Part shown: piece after piece, positions 9,731 through 18,700 of the stretch
How the letters are laid out: every line of letters begins with the position of its first letter
Position numbering within the stretch: position 1 is the first letter of the stretch
Source of the DNA: Patescibacteria group bacterium
Lineage (GTDB): Bacteria; Patescibacteriota; Microgenomatia; 2-02-FULL-39-11
DNA: 64,000 nt
NCBI GenBank assembly: GCA_023379265.1
Contig: JAMCUI010000012.1
Location: forward strand, 27,936-91,935
Reading direction: 5' to 3'
Made by a program: the position numbers and the translations under genes
Notes under the pieces: generated by a model
Told to the model about the DNA's origin: nothing
Databases searched by the model: none
The model's input: only the letters and a program-made list of their open reading frames with translations

Positions 9731-10318
9731 TTACTGACCAACAACTACTGTATTACTATTCAAGTTGTTATTGATTGAAGTTGACACACTTGCATTACCA
9801 CTCATCACTCCTCCACCTACAGTATTATTACTAGAGGAATTACCACCTGTATTAGCTGATGAATTCACTCCGTTGAAAACCATACCCATGTTACCTACTG
9901 TAACATTTGCTGTCTTACTAGTGTCTATCTTGACGATATTCTTTGATAAATATCCGGTTATAGAATTCAATCCGCTGTTTGCGGCATCAACGCTAGTTTG
10001 ATCAGCAAGCACGTTGTTGGTATTCATGGAATTGGATAAACCTGTACTAACCGTTGCGTTACCCGTCAACACTCCCAAATTACCTGCCGTGTTGTTATTA
10101 TTTTGATTTCCTCCGGTAGTAGTGGTTGCTGTAACATTATTGGTAACTGTACCGAAATTGTGTGAATTAAGATAGGCAGATCTTGCAGCAAATATCTTGC
10201 AGACATTTATGCTGGTTGATCCTGTTGTACCATTTCCACAATCCACAGCCAGTGCCGGTGCTACTGCCAAAAGCAGCATTCCTGCTCCAATGGCCACTCC
10301 CAATATATTTTTTTTCAT
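9731..10318 (-). CDS. Small secreted Asn/Thr/Gly-rich repeat protein (195 aa), paralog of the 6073..7200 protein.
   Basis: Signal peptide ...APALA, then VDCGNGTTGSTSINVC followed by TGGNxxxNNTxGxxGxxTGNA repeats. Same SD GGAGGTGA as its paralog. Confidence 0.5.
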   Translation of the reverse strand: MKKNILGVAIGAGMLLLAVAPALAVDCGNGTTGSTSINVCKIFAARSAYLNSHNFGTVTNNVTATTTTGGNQNNNNTAGNLGVLTGNATVSTGLSNSMNTNNVLADQTSVDAANSGLNSITGYLSKNIVKIDTSKTANVTVGNMGMVFNGVNSSANTGGNSSSNNTVGGGVMSGNASVSTSINNNLNSNTVVVGQ

Positions 10319-10764
10319 AATCTTTTCACCTCCTTTCTTCTTTGTCCGTTTATAAAAACGGGCAATATGATCTCTTACTGCACAAAAATAACACTCTCCT
10401 CCCTCGGTCTTTTAAGACCTCGGGATTCGAGTGTTTTCCTTTGAGCAGAAGGCAGACTATAATACATAGGGCAGCAATTTAAGTTCGGGCAGCGACATTT
10501 TTCGACTAGAACATGTCTATACCTGACAGGAATAGCTATTTACCGACTAAAAAACTACACCGGGCAGGTGTCGAAAGACAAATGAAAACAAAAAAGCAAT
10601 CCTTTACAGGGATTGCTTCCGTTTGCGGTCGGCAAACTCTAATTCCACTGTAGAATAATTTTTTCTATTTTGTCAATACCCAAGTTTTAGCTAAGTTTAG
10701 AGATAATATGATAATACATTTATATATCTGAAAACAACATGGGAAATGACCCGCTTTGGCCTTT

Positions 10765-10795
10765 TTGACATTTATTTTAATAAATGTAGTATAAT
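10765..10795 (+). promoter_or_regulatory. Sigma70-type promoter driving the alaS leader.
   Basis: Perfect -35 TTGACA (10765-10770), and TGT-AGTATAAT / TATAAT at 10785-10795. Confidence 0.5.
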
Positions 10796-10799
10796 ATCA

Positions 10800-11096
10800 A
10801 TCCAGATAGCAAAATCATGCGGGGACAAGTATTCCGAGACCATTTGAGTCAAAGATGAAGCCGCCCCGCAAGTCCCAAAAGATATTGAGGGAGAAGATGC
10901 GGAAAGAAAACCTTTCTCAAACGGAAGGATAAGTAGAATCCGACGGGTATGCCCGTGACAGCTGGAATAAGAAGTTATGAGTTGTGGGTTACGAAATATA
11001 ATTATTAAAGACCCATCACCCACCACACATCACTCATAACCAAAATAAGGTGGTACCGTGAATATCTCACCCTTTGACAAAGGTGAGATTTTTTTG
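10800..11096 (+). ncRNA. T-box riboswitch leader, probable Ala specifier, with an intrinsic terminator.
   Basis: Conserved T-box sequence AATAAGGTGGTACCGTG (11044-11060). It overlaps the 5' side of the terminator hairpin atctcaccctttg/caaaggtgagat, which is followed by TTTTTTT (11064-11096). Upstream Stem-I-like helix gcgggg...ccccgc carries AGTA/GAGA and a loop GCC-G. Confidence 0.6.
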
Positions 11097-11208
11097 ATGG
11101 TTGGTTAACGAGTATGAACGAAGTGAAGACGAGTTTACCAGCCGATCAATCCGCCGAAGCTTTAGCGAAGGCGGATATTATAAATGTTACAATTTAATCA
11201 AATAAATT

Positions 11209-13047
11209 ATGACACATACTGATTTGAGGAAAAGGTTTATCAGGTTTTTTACTTCATCACCGCGAAATCATAAGGAAATTCCTTCTGCCCCGCTTGTGCC
11301 TGAAAATGACCCAACAGTACTTTTTATCACAGCCGGTATGCATCCTCTGGTTCCCTACCTTATGGGAGAAACCCATCCGCTGGGCAAAAGACTGGTAGAT
11401 GTACAAAAATCCATGCGCACTGATGACATTGAGGAAGTGGGAGACCTGCGCCACTTTACTTTTTTTGAAATGCTGGGCAACTGGAGCCTGGGCGATTACT
11501 TCAAAAAGGAAGCTATAAGCTGGTCGTTTGAATTTCTGACCAGCTCCAAATGGCTACATCTTGACCCATCCAAAATTTACATATCTGTCTTTGAAGGAGA
11601 CAGTGATGCGCTTCGCGATGACGAGTCTATCGGTTTCTGGCAAGAGGCTTTTGAAAAGGTAGGCATAGAAGCAAAAGTGGGTAACCCCAAAGACGGTATG
11701 ACACCTGGGGGCAGAATATTCCCCTATCCCAAAAGTAAGAATTGGTGGGGACCGGCAGGTACCACCGGCCCCTGCGGCCCTGATACGGAGATGTTTTTTG
11801 ACACGGGCCTGTCTATGCACAATTCAGAAACATATGGTCCGGTTTGCCACATCAATTGTGACTGCGGGCGTTTTGTAGAAATCTGGAATGATGTCTTCAT
11901 GCAATATAATAAAAAACCTGACGGGAACTTTGAGCCACTACAACAAAAGAATGTCGATACCGGTATGGGAATGGAGAGGTTGACAGCAATTCTGGAATGG
12001 CTTGAAGGGAAAATTCCGGATCCGGACCCGTTTCGAACGGAACTTTTTAACCCGGTGACGGAAACCATCAATAAAGTCTATTTCCAAAAATACGGTGGGG
12101 AAAATACTAAATCTCTGCGGATTATCGCAGACCACATCCGGGCGGCGGTTTTTATCATTTCAGACGGCGTTGTACCCAGCAATAAGGAAAGAGGTTATGT
12201 TCTGCGGAAACTCATTAGACGCGCTGTGAGACATCTCCAGCTTATCGGAGTCAAAAATCCTTTTATAAGCCCTCTGGCAATGGCTATGATAGAAACCTAC
12301 AAGTCAGATTACCCCGAATTATCCCAAAACAAGAAACTCATAAAAGAAACCATGGAACAAGAAGAGACAAAATTTTTGGCTACCCTCAGCCGCGGTCTGA
12401 AAGAAATAGAAAAACATTCTATTCTGACCGGAAAAATCGCTTTTGACATATACCAAAGCTATGGTTTTCCCTGGGAGATGACGGCAGAAATTGCCCACGA
12501 GAAAGGCCAACAGATTGACCGGGCACAGTTTGAGACGGAATTTAAAAAACATCAGGAATTATCACGCACGGCTACAAAAGGCGTATTTAAGGGAGGATTA
12601 CAGGATCATTCGGAAACCACAACTAGCCTCCATACCGCTACTCACCTTCTTCAGGAAGCTTTACGGGAAATCCTAGGAAACCACGTCAGACAAAAAGGCA
12701 GTCACATCACGGCTGAGCGTCTGCGCTTTGACTTTTCCCATCCCGCTAAAATGACACCTGAAGAGATAAAAAAGACCGAGGATCTAGTAAATGCGCAAAT
12801 CAAAAAAAATCTTCCCGTAAGCATGAAAGTAATCGACCTGAAAGAGGCTGCAAATGAAGGCGCACTCACTGTTCCCGGAGTAAACTATCCTGAAAAAGTA
12901 AAAGTATATACCATCGGCAACTTTTCCCGCGAAGTCTGTGGAGGACCGCATGTCGACTTTACAGGAAAGATGGGAACGTTTAAGATAATAAAAGAAGAGG
13001 CGGCCTCTGCAAATGTTCGCAGAGTCTATGCAATCCTCACTATCTAA
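11209..13047 (+). CDS. alaS: Alanyl-tRNA synthetase, short form (catalytic, tRNA-binding and editing domains; no C-Ala domain).
   Basis: FITAGMHPLVPY, HFTFFEMLGNWSLGDYFK, and the editing-domain HTATHLLQEALREILG ... H... Confidence 0.85.
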   Translation: MTHTDLRKRFIRFFTSSPRNHKEIPSAPLVPENDPTVLFITAGMHPLVPYLMGETHPLGKRLVDVQKSMRTDDIEEVGDLRHFTFFEMLGNWSLGDYFKKEAISWSFEFLTSSKWLHLDPSKIYISVFEGDSDALRDDESIGFWQEAFEKVGIEAKVGNPKDGMTPGGRIFPYPKSKNWWGPAGTTGPCGPDTEMFFDTGLSMHNSETYGPVCHINCDCGRFVEIWNDVFMQYNKKPDGNFEPLQQKNVDTGMGMERLTAILEWLEGKIPDPDPFRTELFNPVTETINKVYFQKYGGENTKSLRIIADHIRAAVFIISDGVVPSNKERGYVLRKLIRRAVRHLQLIGVKNPFISPLAMAMIETYKSDYPELSQNKKLIKETMEQEETKFLATLSRGLKEIEKHSILTGKIAFDIYQSYGFPWEMTAEIAHEKGQQIDRAQFETEFKKHQELSRTATKGVFKGGLQDHSETTTSLHTATHLLQEALREILGNHVRQKGSHITAERLRFDFSHPAKMTPEEIKKTEDLVNAQIKKNLPVSMKVIDLKEAANEGALTVPGVNYPEKVKVYTIGNFSREVCGGPHVDFTGKMGTFKIIKEEAASANVRRVYAILTI

Positions 13048-13050
13048 ATA

Positions 13051-15258
13051 ATGTCCCTAGTCAATAAATTCCTGCAAAAAAAGGTAGAAAAAGAATACTT
13101 CATAGTCCTTGGCATTGAAGAACATCGTATCTGTGCTGCCGTGGCTGAAATTGAAGCCACTATGGTAAGAATAATCGGAACCGGTGAAAGTGAATATGCA
13201 ACCGTGGGCAGCGAGATAGAAGCCACTGATATTGCTATTTCCACAGCAGAAAAAAGTGTCCCTGAAAATATATTCGTCAAAAAGACAATTTTTGGCGTTC
13301 CAGTATCGTTTATGCAAAACGGTGAGATAAAACCTGAATATATGGAAAGGGTACAAAAAATATCCAAAGAACTTGACCTATCTCCCCAAGGATATATAGA
13401 GTATCCCCAAGCAATCTCCAGCTTTTTGGAAACAAAGGAAGAGACACCTCCTACTCTTCTTCTTCTATCAATCGGAAGAAATCATCTCACTCTGACACAT
13501 CTTCGTGTGGGTAAAGTGGAAAAAAATATTGTTGTTGAAAGGTCTTCTTCTTTATCAGAAGACTTTAATAATATGCTTTCCCATTTCGAGTCAGAAATCC
13601 TGCCTTCAAAAATAGTCATGTATGACGAGGTAAAAGGACCACTACTTGAAGACATGAGGGAAGAACTGCTGAATTTTCCCTGGCACAAACAAGCTTCTTT
13701 TATGCATACGCCCAAAATAGAAATTATGGAACCGAGTGCTATAACAACAGCCCTTGTTGAAACAGCAGCTAGTAAATTCATCAGAAGCGATCTTCAAGTA
13801 ATCTCTCAAAGTGAGGAAAAATCAGAAAGTACAGCAACCGTCAATTCAAAAGAAGAAACAGTAAAAGAAAATGAGAGTAATATCCGTGAAACTCCAACAG
13901 TAAAGAGATTGACTGAAAAAGAAAACCATCGTGAAGAAGAAGCTTTTGGTTTTGTAAAAAATAAAGATATCCGGGAAACAGAAGAGCTGGAAAACATCTC
14001 CACTCCCGTCGACCTAAAAACAGAATTGTTTGGCGAGAAATTTGAGGAACCGCAAAAACCTGACAGAAAACTCATACCCAATATTCCCAATATACCATTG
14101 CGCTTTCCACCTTTATCCTTTAGTTTGGCACCAGCACTCGGGGTTTTGTTGGTCCTTATACTTATTGCCTTTGTGGGATATTTTCTTGTCTGGAATTATC
14201 CCCAAAGTGACGTCAACCTTATCGTCTATCCCCTCAAGTCTTCCCAGACAATGGATGTGGTCTTTACCACAGACAATACCCGCGCCAACCTGAACAACAA
14301 CATCATCCTGGCTACCACCATATCTCAAGAAATTTCCGACCAGAAGACTATAGAGACTACAGGAAAAACCAAAGTAGGCAATCCGGCAAAAGGTGATGCG
14401 ACGATATACAACAAAACTCTTGAAGACAAGACTTTCCCAAAAGGTACTGTCTTAACCAACGGGTCGCTAAAATTTACACTGGATAATGATACCACTATCG
14501 CTTCTGCCTCAGACACAGGGGAAGGATTGACTTATGGAAAAACCACAACAAGTATCACCGCCGTTGATATAGGGCCAGAAGGTAACCTGAGCGCTGACAG
14601 TAATTTTACCATCAAGGATTTCCCAGGGACGTCATACTATGCTAAAAATACAAGCAATTTTTCAGGTGGCACCAGCCGGGATGTATCAAGCGTCTCTAAA
14701 GAAGACCAGGATAATCTTTTCTCCTCGCTTTCCCAGGATCTTGAAGGCCAAGCAAAACAAAAAATGCTTCAGCAAATTGGATCTGATGAAAAACTGCTTG
14801 ACGGATCTATAGAAAATACAGTTGTCTCTCAAAAATTCAGCAACGACGTCAATACAGAAGCCAAAGAATTGACGCTGACGCTTGACCTGAAAGTCAATGC
14901 GCTTGTTTATAAACAGAAAGACCTAACCACCCTTGCCAAGACTGACCTTTTCCAGCCACCCCAGGGATACACTATCAATAATTCACAAAATCAGATAAAG
15001 ATCGAACAGGCACAGGTAGAGAAAAACGGAGATACACAGGCAACCGCAGTCATAACAGCCAACTTTATCCCCAAATTTGACACATCATCAATAAAATCGC
15101 AAATTACCGGAAAATCTTTTCAAACCGCCAGCAATACGTTATCAAAAATCAATAATATCGGAGGTATAGAAATCATCAAAGGAAACAACCTTCCTCTATG
15201 GGGAAATATGCTTCCTCTAAACGGGAATAATATCAATATCAATCTCGTTATCCGATAA
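13051..15258 (+). CDS. Membrane protein with an N-terminal FtsA/PilM-like actin-fold domain, acidic linker, one TM segment and a ~370-aa Ser/Thr/Asn-rich extracytoplasmic domain.
   Basis: IVLGIEEHRICAAVAEIEATMVRIIGTGESE resembles the FtsA/PilM N-terminal phosphate-1 region. TM segment LAPALGVLLVLILIAFVGYFLVW. Operonic with the downstream sortase (3-nt gap). Confidence 0.4.
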   Translation: MSLVNKFLQKKVEKEYFIVLGIEEHRICAAVAEIEATMVRIIGTGESEYATVGSEIEATDIAISTAEKSVPENIFVKKTIFGVPVSFMQNGEIKPEYMERVQKISKELDLSPQGYIEYPQAISSFLETKEETPPTLLLLSIGRNHLTLTHLRVGKVEKNIVVERSSSLSEDFNNMLSHFESEILPSKIVMYDEVKGPLLEDMREELLNFPWHKQASFMHTPKIEIMEPSAITTALVETAASKFIRSDLQVISQSEEKSESTATVNSKEETVKENESNIRETPTVKRLTEKENHREEEAFGFVKNKDIRETEELENISTPVDLKTELFGEKFEEPQKPDRKLIPNIPNIPLRFPPLSFSLAPALGVLLVLILIAFVGYFLVWNYPQSDVNLIVYPLKSSQTMDVVFTTDNTRANLNNNIILATTISQEISDQKTIETTGKTKVGNPAKGDATIYNKTLEDKTFPKGTVLTNGSLKFTLDNDTTIASASDTGEGLTYGKTTTSITAVDIGPEGNLSADSNFTIKDFPGTSYYAKNTSNFSGGTSRDVSSVSKEDQDNLFSSLSQDLEGQAKQKMLQQIGSDEKLLDGSIENTVVSQKFSNDVNTEAKELTLTLDLKVNALVYKQKDLTTLAKTDLFQPPQGYTINNSQNQIKIEQAQVEKNGDTQATAVITANFIPKFDTSSIKSQITGKSFQTASNTLSKINNIGGIEIIKGNNLPLWGNMLPLNGNNININLVIR

Positions 15259-15261
15259 CAC

Positions 15262-15972
15262 ATGGCATTGTATTCATATACTAAATCCCATGGTAAATCC
15301 CGCGGGAAAAAGATAATCTCTTTCATATCTGCAATACTAATCCTTACCGGACTTGGGGTGGTGGGTTGGACAGTTTATCCTATCGTCACATATGAAATAT
15401 TTTATGCGCCCAAATTTGAAAATTCTGTAAATCCTGTACCTATGGAAATTGTAAAAAACACGATTGCCGACAACATACCCGCAGTATTGGGAGCCCAAAA
15501 TGCTGACTACACCAGAGCAAGCACTTGGTTCCCAAAAGCCAACAATATCAAACTCAGCAATACCAATACGTCTTATTTTGTCTCTATACCCAAAGTAAAT
15601 ATCCAAAATGCTACAGTCCTTCTGGGTAACGATGACCTAAACAAAAGCCTGGTACAGTTTGCCGGGCCACTCCCTGGAAACTATGGCAATCCGGTTATTT
15701 TCGGACACTCTACTTTACTCTGGTTTTATAATCCCAAAGATTACCGTACTATCTTTTCTGAATTACCGCAACTGAATATTGGCGACGATATATATATCAA
15801 TCTGGAAAACATCACCTATCATTACAAGGTTTTCCAGATGAAAGTCGTCTGGCCTGACAATCTCTCTGTACTAGATCAGACATATGACGATGAATACCTG
15901 ACCCTTATCACTTGTGTGCCACCTGGAACTTTTTACAAACGTCTTGTAGTCAGTGCCAGACTGGTCAGATAA
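15262..15972 (+). CDS. Sortase (second copy), membrane-anchored.
   Basis: N-terminal TM segment, VIFGHST His region, and TLxTC motif LTLITCVPP followed by Arg (SARLVR). Confidence 0.75.
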   Translation: MALYSYTKSHGKSRGKKIISFISAILILTGLGVVGWTVYPIVTYEIFYAPKFENSVNPVPMEIVKNTIADNIPAVLGAQNADYTRASTWFPKANNIKLSNTNTSYFVSIPKVNIQNATVLLGNDDLNKSLVQFAGPLPGNYGNPVIFGHSTLLWFYNPKDYRTIFSELPQLNIGDDIYINLENITYHYKVFQMKVVWPDNLSVLDQTYDDEYLTLITCVPPGTFYKRLVVSARLVR

Positions 15973-16162
15973 TAATGATTTCTGGAATATCTTATAAACA
16001 CAATAACGACAACATAGTTGAACTCCGATATAATAGGATAAAGACTAATTCATTTACAAGATGACTGCTATTATGCAAGAAACGATACGGCACAAAGGGA
16101 CTCAAATCCGACATTACGTCGGGAAAAATCCTTTGGATTATTAATTCACTTTTATCAAAAAT

Positions 16163-17446
16163 ATGAAAACACAAAAACAGACCGAAAATGAGGAATCTAT
16201 GAAGGCAATAGATGCCATAAAGAAAAAATTGTTGGGAAAGAAACTCTCATACAAGGAGATTTTTTCACTTATGGATGAGGTGGCACACGAAAAGTTGGGA
16301 CCAGTGCTTACTACATACTTTGTAGCCGCAGGATTCAAAGAAGGTTTTTCCAACCAGGAACTTTTCTATCTTACAAAAGCAATGGCGGATACCGGGACCA
16401 AACTGAAATTCAAAGGAATAGTAGCCGATAAACACTCCACTGGCGGGCTGGCCGGAACAAGAACTACTATGATTCTTGTACCAATCATAGCTGCAGCTGG
16501 ATATAAGATCCCTAAAAACTCATCACGCGCCATCACTACTCCTGCCGGTACCGCCGATACTATGGAGGTATTGGCTCCTGTTACTTTCCACCCGGAAAAG
16601 ATCCAAAAGATAGTGGAGAAAGTCGGCGGTTGTATCGTCTGGGGAGGACATTTAGGTCTGGCTCCGGCTGATGACGTCATAATTAGAGTCGAAACTCCTT
16701 TAGCTTTTGAGTCTTTTGATAAAATAATTGTTTCCATCATGGCCAAAAAAATTGCTTCCGGAGCAACGCACCTTGTCCTAGATATCCCCGTGGGGCCGAC
16801 CCTGAAAGTAAAACATTTTAAGGATGCGGAAATAATTGCCACCAAATTCCATTTCCTAGCTAAGAAATTTAATATAAAATTGACTGCTGATGTCAATGAG
16901 GCTTTAGAACCGGCAGGTCATGCCGTCGGGCCTGTACTTGAAGCCCACGACGTCCTCAAAGTTTTGGAACAAAAACCTGACAGACCATTTATTCTGGAAG
17001 CCAAAGCTCTACGCCTAGCTGGGAAACTATTGGATCTTTGCATGTCTGATTCCAGAGAAAAAAAAGAAAAGCAGACAAGCGGCGAAGATCTGGCCCGGCA
17101 AATTCTTAAAAGCGGCGGCGCCCTGAAAAAAATGAGAGAGATCATAAAAGCCCAGGGAGGCGATCCTGATATCGACATTCCCAATTTGAAACTGGGATCA
17201 TACAAATATGAATTCCCCAGCCCTAAACATGGAACTGTCACGTCGTTTAATAATGAAGATTTGACTGTAATCGCCAAAATTCTTGGTTGTCCTTATGACA
17301 AAAAGGCTGGTATTTATATAGAGAGACGAATCGACGAAAAAGTAGACAATAATGATATACTATGTGTGCTCTATTCCTCTGATAAATGGAGGCTAAGCGA
17401 GGCCAAAGAAACGCTTAAACAAGTACCTATTTATAAAATCGAGTAA
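16163..17446 (+). CDS. deoA: Pyrimidine-nucleoside / AMP phosphorylase family (DeoA-like).
   Basis: KHSTGG phosphate-binding motif and SSRAITTPAGTADT. Length is ~430 aa with the N-terminal helical domain. Confidence 0.8.
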   Translation: MKTQKQTENEESMKAIDAIKKKLLGKKLSYKEIFSLMDEVAHEKLGPVLTTYFVAAGFKEGFSNQELFYLTKAMADTGTKLKFKGIVADKHSTGGLAGTRTTMILVPIIAAAGYKIPKNSSRAITTPAGTADTMEVLAPVTFHPEKIQKIVEKVGGCIVWGGHLGLAPADDVIIRVETPLAFESFDKIIVSIMAKKIASGATHLVLDIPVGPTLKVKHFKDAEIIATKFHFLAKKFNIKLTADVNEALEPAGHAVGPVLEAHDVLKVLEQKPDRPFILEAKALRLAGKLLDLCMSDSREKKEKQTSGEDLARQILKSGGALKKMREIIKAQGGDPDIDIPNLKLGSYKYEFPSPKHGTVTSFNNEDLTVIAKILGCPYDKKAGIYIERRIDEKVDNNDILCVLYSSDKWRLSEAKETLKQVPIYKIE

Positions 17447-17521
17447 AAACGAAATATTATTTTTCCGGTACAGGAATTTTTGATGTTGTTTGCGCAATAA
17501 CTGGTATAGCAGGAGAAAAAA

Positions 17522-17734
17522 ATGTTCAGAAATATTATTTCTCCAGTACAAGCCTGGCTCATATCACAAGGCCGGTGCGTCGGGTGCGGCACCGCACTTT
17601 CAGGAGGCAGTAAAGGACAAATGACTGGAGAAGAACAGGAAATAACCTGCAGGAAATGCGGAAGGATATTTTTACGAAACAGAAAAACAGGACGGTATCG
17701 CAGGGCGCCGATTTCTTCTTCGCTTAAAAAATGA
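17522..17734 (+). CDS. Small zinc-ribbon protein (70 aa), hypothetical.
   Basis: CVGCG ... CRKCG four-Cys arrangement and a basic tail. Overlaps the mltG start by 4 nt (ATGA). Confidence 0.3.
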   Translation: MFRNIISPVQAWLISQGRCVGCGTALSGGSKGQMTGEEQEITCRKCGRIFLRNRKTGRYRRAPISSSLKK

Positions 17735-18696
17735 AACAAAGATTAATTATTCTATTTCTAATACTTGTTATCATCGGAATGTCAATCCTTCTTTGGTGGA
17801 ACCAGGCAATAAAACCCTCTGATCCACAAAATGTACAAAATACCACTTTCACCATTTCAAGGGGAGAAAATGTCAGGGATATTGCCGAAAGGTTGCAAAA
17901 AGATAACCTGATAAGGTCATCTGTGGCATTTTTCCTTATAGCAAGGTTCGGAGGCTTGGCACAAAATATCCAGTCTGGTGATTTTAAGCTAAACCCGGCT
18001 ATGGATCTTTTTACGGTAGCAAATACTTTGACACATGGAACCACAGACGTCAGGATCACTATTCCAGAAGGTTGGCGGGACGAGGAAATATCTTTGGAAT
18101 TGACTAAAGAACTGAATATACCTGAATCAGAATTTTTGAAAGTGGCCAACGAAGGATTTATGTTTCCTGATACCTATATGCTGCCCAAAGATGCTTCTGC
18201 TTCCACAGTTGTCAGACTTATGCAATCAAACTTTCATAAAAAGATCACACGGAATATCATATCAAAAGCACAGGCAAAGGGATTATCATTAGATGACCTT
18301 ATCACAGTCGCGTCACTGGTGGAAAGAGAAGCAAAATTACCTGAGGACCGGCCTTTGGTAGCAAGCGTCATATTAAATAGGCTCAAAATAGGTATGAAAC
18401 TGGATATTGACGCAACAGTCCAATATGCACTAGGTTATCAGCCGGCAAACCAGAGTTGGTGGAAAAAAGATTTGACCCAGGAAGATCTGCAGATTGACTC
18501 CCCTTACAATACATATCTTAATCCTGGCCTTCCACCAGGCCCGATAGCCAATCCGGGCCTAGCGGCGATAGAAGCGGTGGCCAATGCACCCCAAACAGGT
18601 TACCTTTTCTATGTTTCTGATAAAAGCGGGAAACTCCACTTTGCCACATCAGCTGAAGGACACAACTCCAACGTCACAAAATACATAAATAATTGA
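17731..18696 (+). CDS. mltG: Endolytic murein transglycosylase MltG (YceG family).
   Basis: N-terminal TM segment, and the family signature region LNPGLPPGPIANPG. Confidence 0.85.
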   Translation: MKQRLIILFLILVIIGMSILLWWNQAIKPSDPQNVQNTTFTISRGENVRDIAERLQKDNLIRSSVAFFLIARFGGLAQNIQSGDFKLNPAMDLFTVANTLTHGTTDVRITIPEGWRDEEISLELTKELNIPESEFLKVANEGFMFPDTYMLPKDASASTVVRLMQSNFHKKITRNIISKAQAKGLSLDDLITVASLVEREAKLPEDRPLVASVILNRLKIGMKLDIDATVQYALGYQPANQSWWKKDLTQEDLQIDSPYNTYLNPGLPPGPIANPGLAAIEAVANAPQTGYLFYVSDKSGKLHFATSAEGHNSNVTKYINN

Positions 18697-18700
18697 TTTA

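Noticed and set aside
10772-11026. 84-aa minus-strand ORF between the repeat-protein locus and alaS.
   Set aside because: It falls inside the T-box leader of alaS, on the opposite strand.
11114-11197. 27-codon ORF (MNEVKTSLPADQSAEALAKADIINVTI) reading through the conserved hairpin upstream of alaS, considered as a leader peptide.
   Set aside because: The equivalent frame at the DUF62 locus is closed (TAA immediately upstream), so the hairpin is more likely an RNA-level element. The ORF has only a weak SD.
16366-17277. Antisense ORFs inside deoA, and similar cases inside dnaK (21139..21657), groEL (58355..59032), the helicase (44704..45009), rmuC (45538..46125) and the LCP gene (31033..31665).
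   Set aside because: Each overlaps a well-supported, conserved gene on the opposite strand and has no start context or recognisable motifs.
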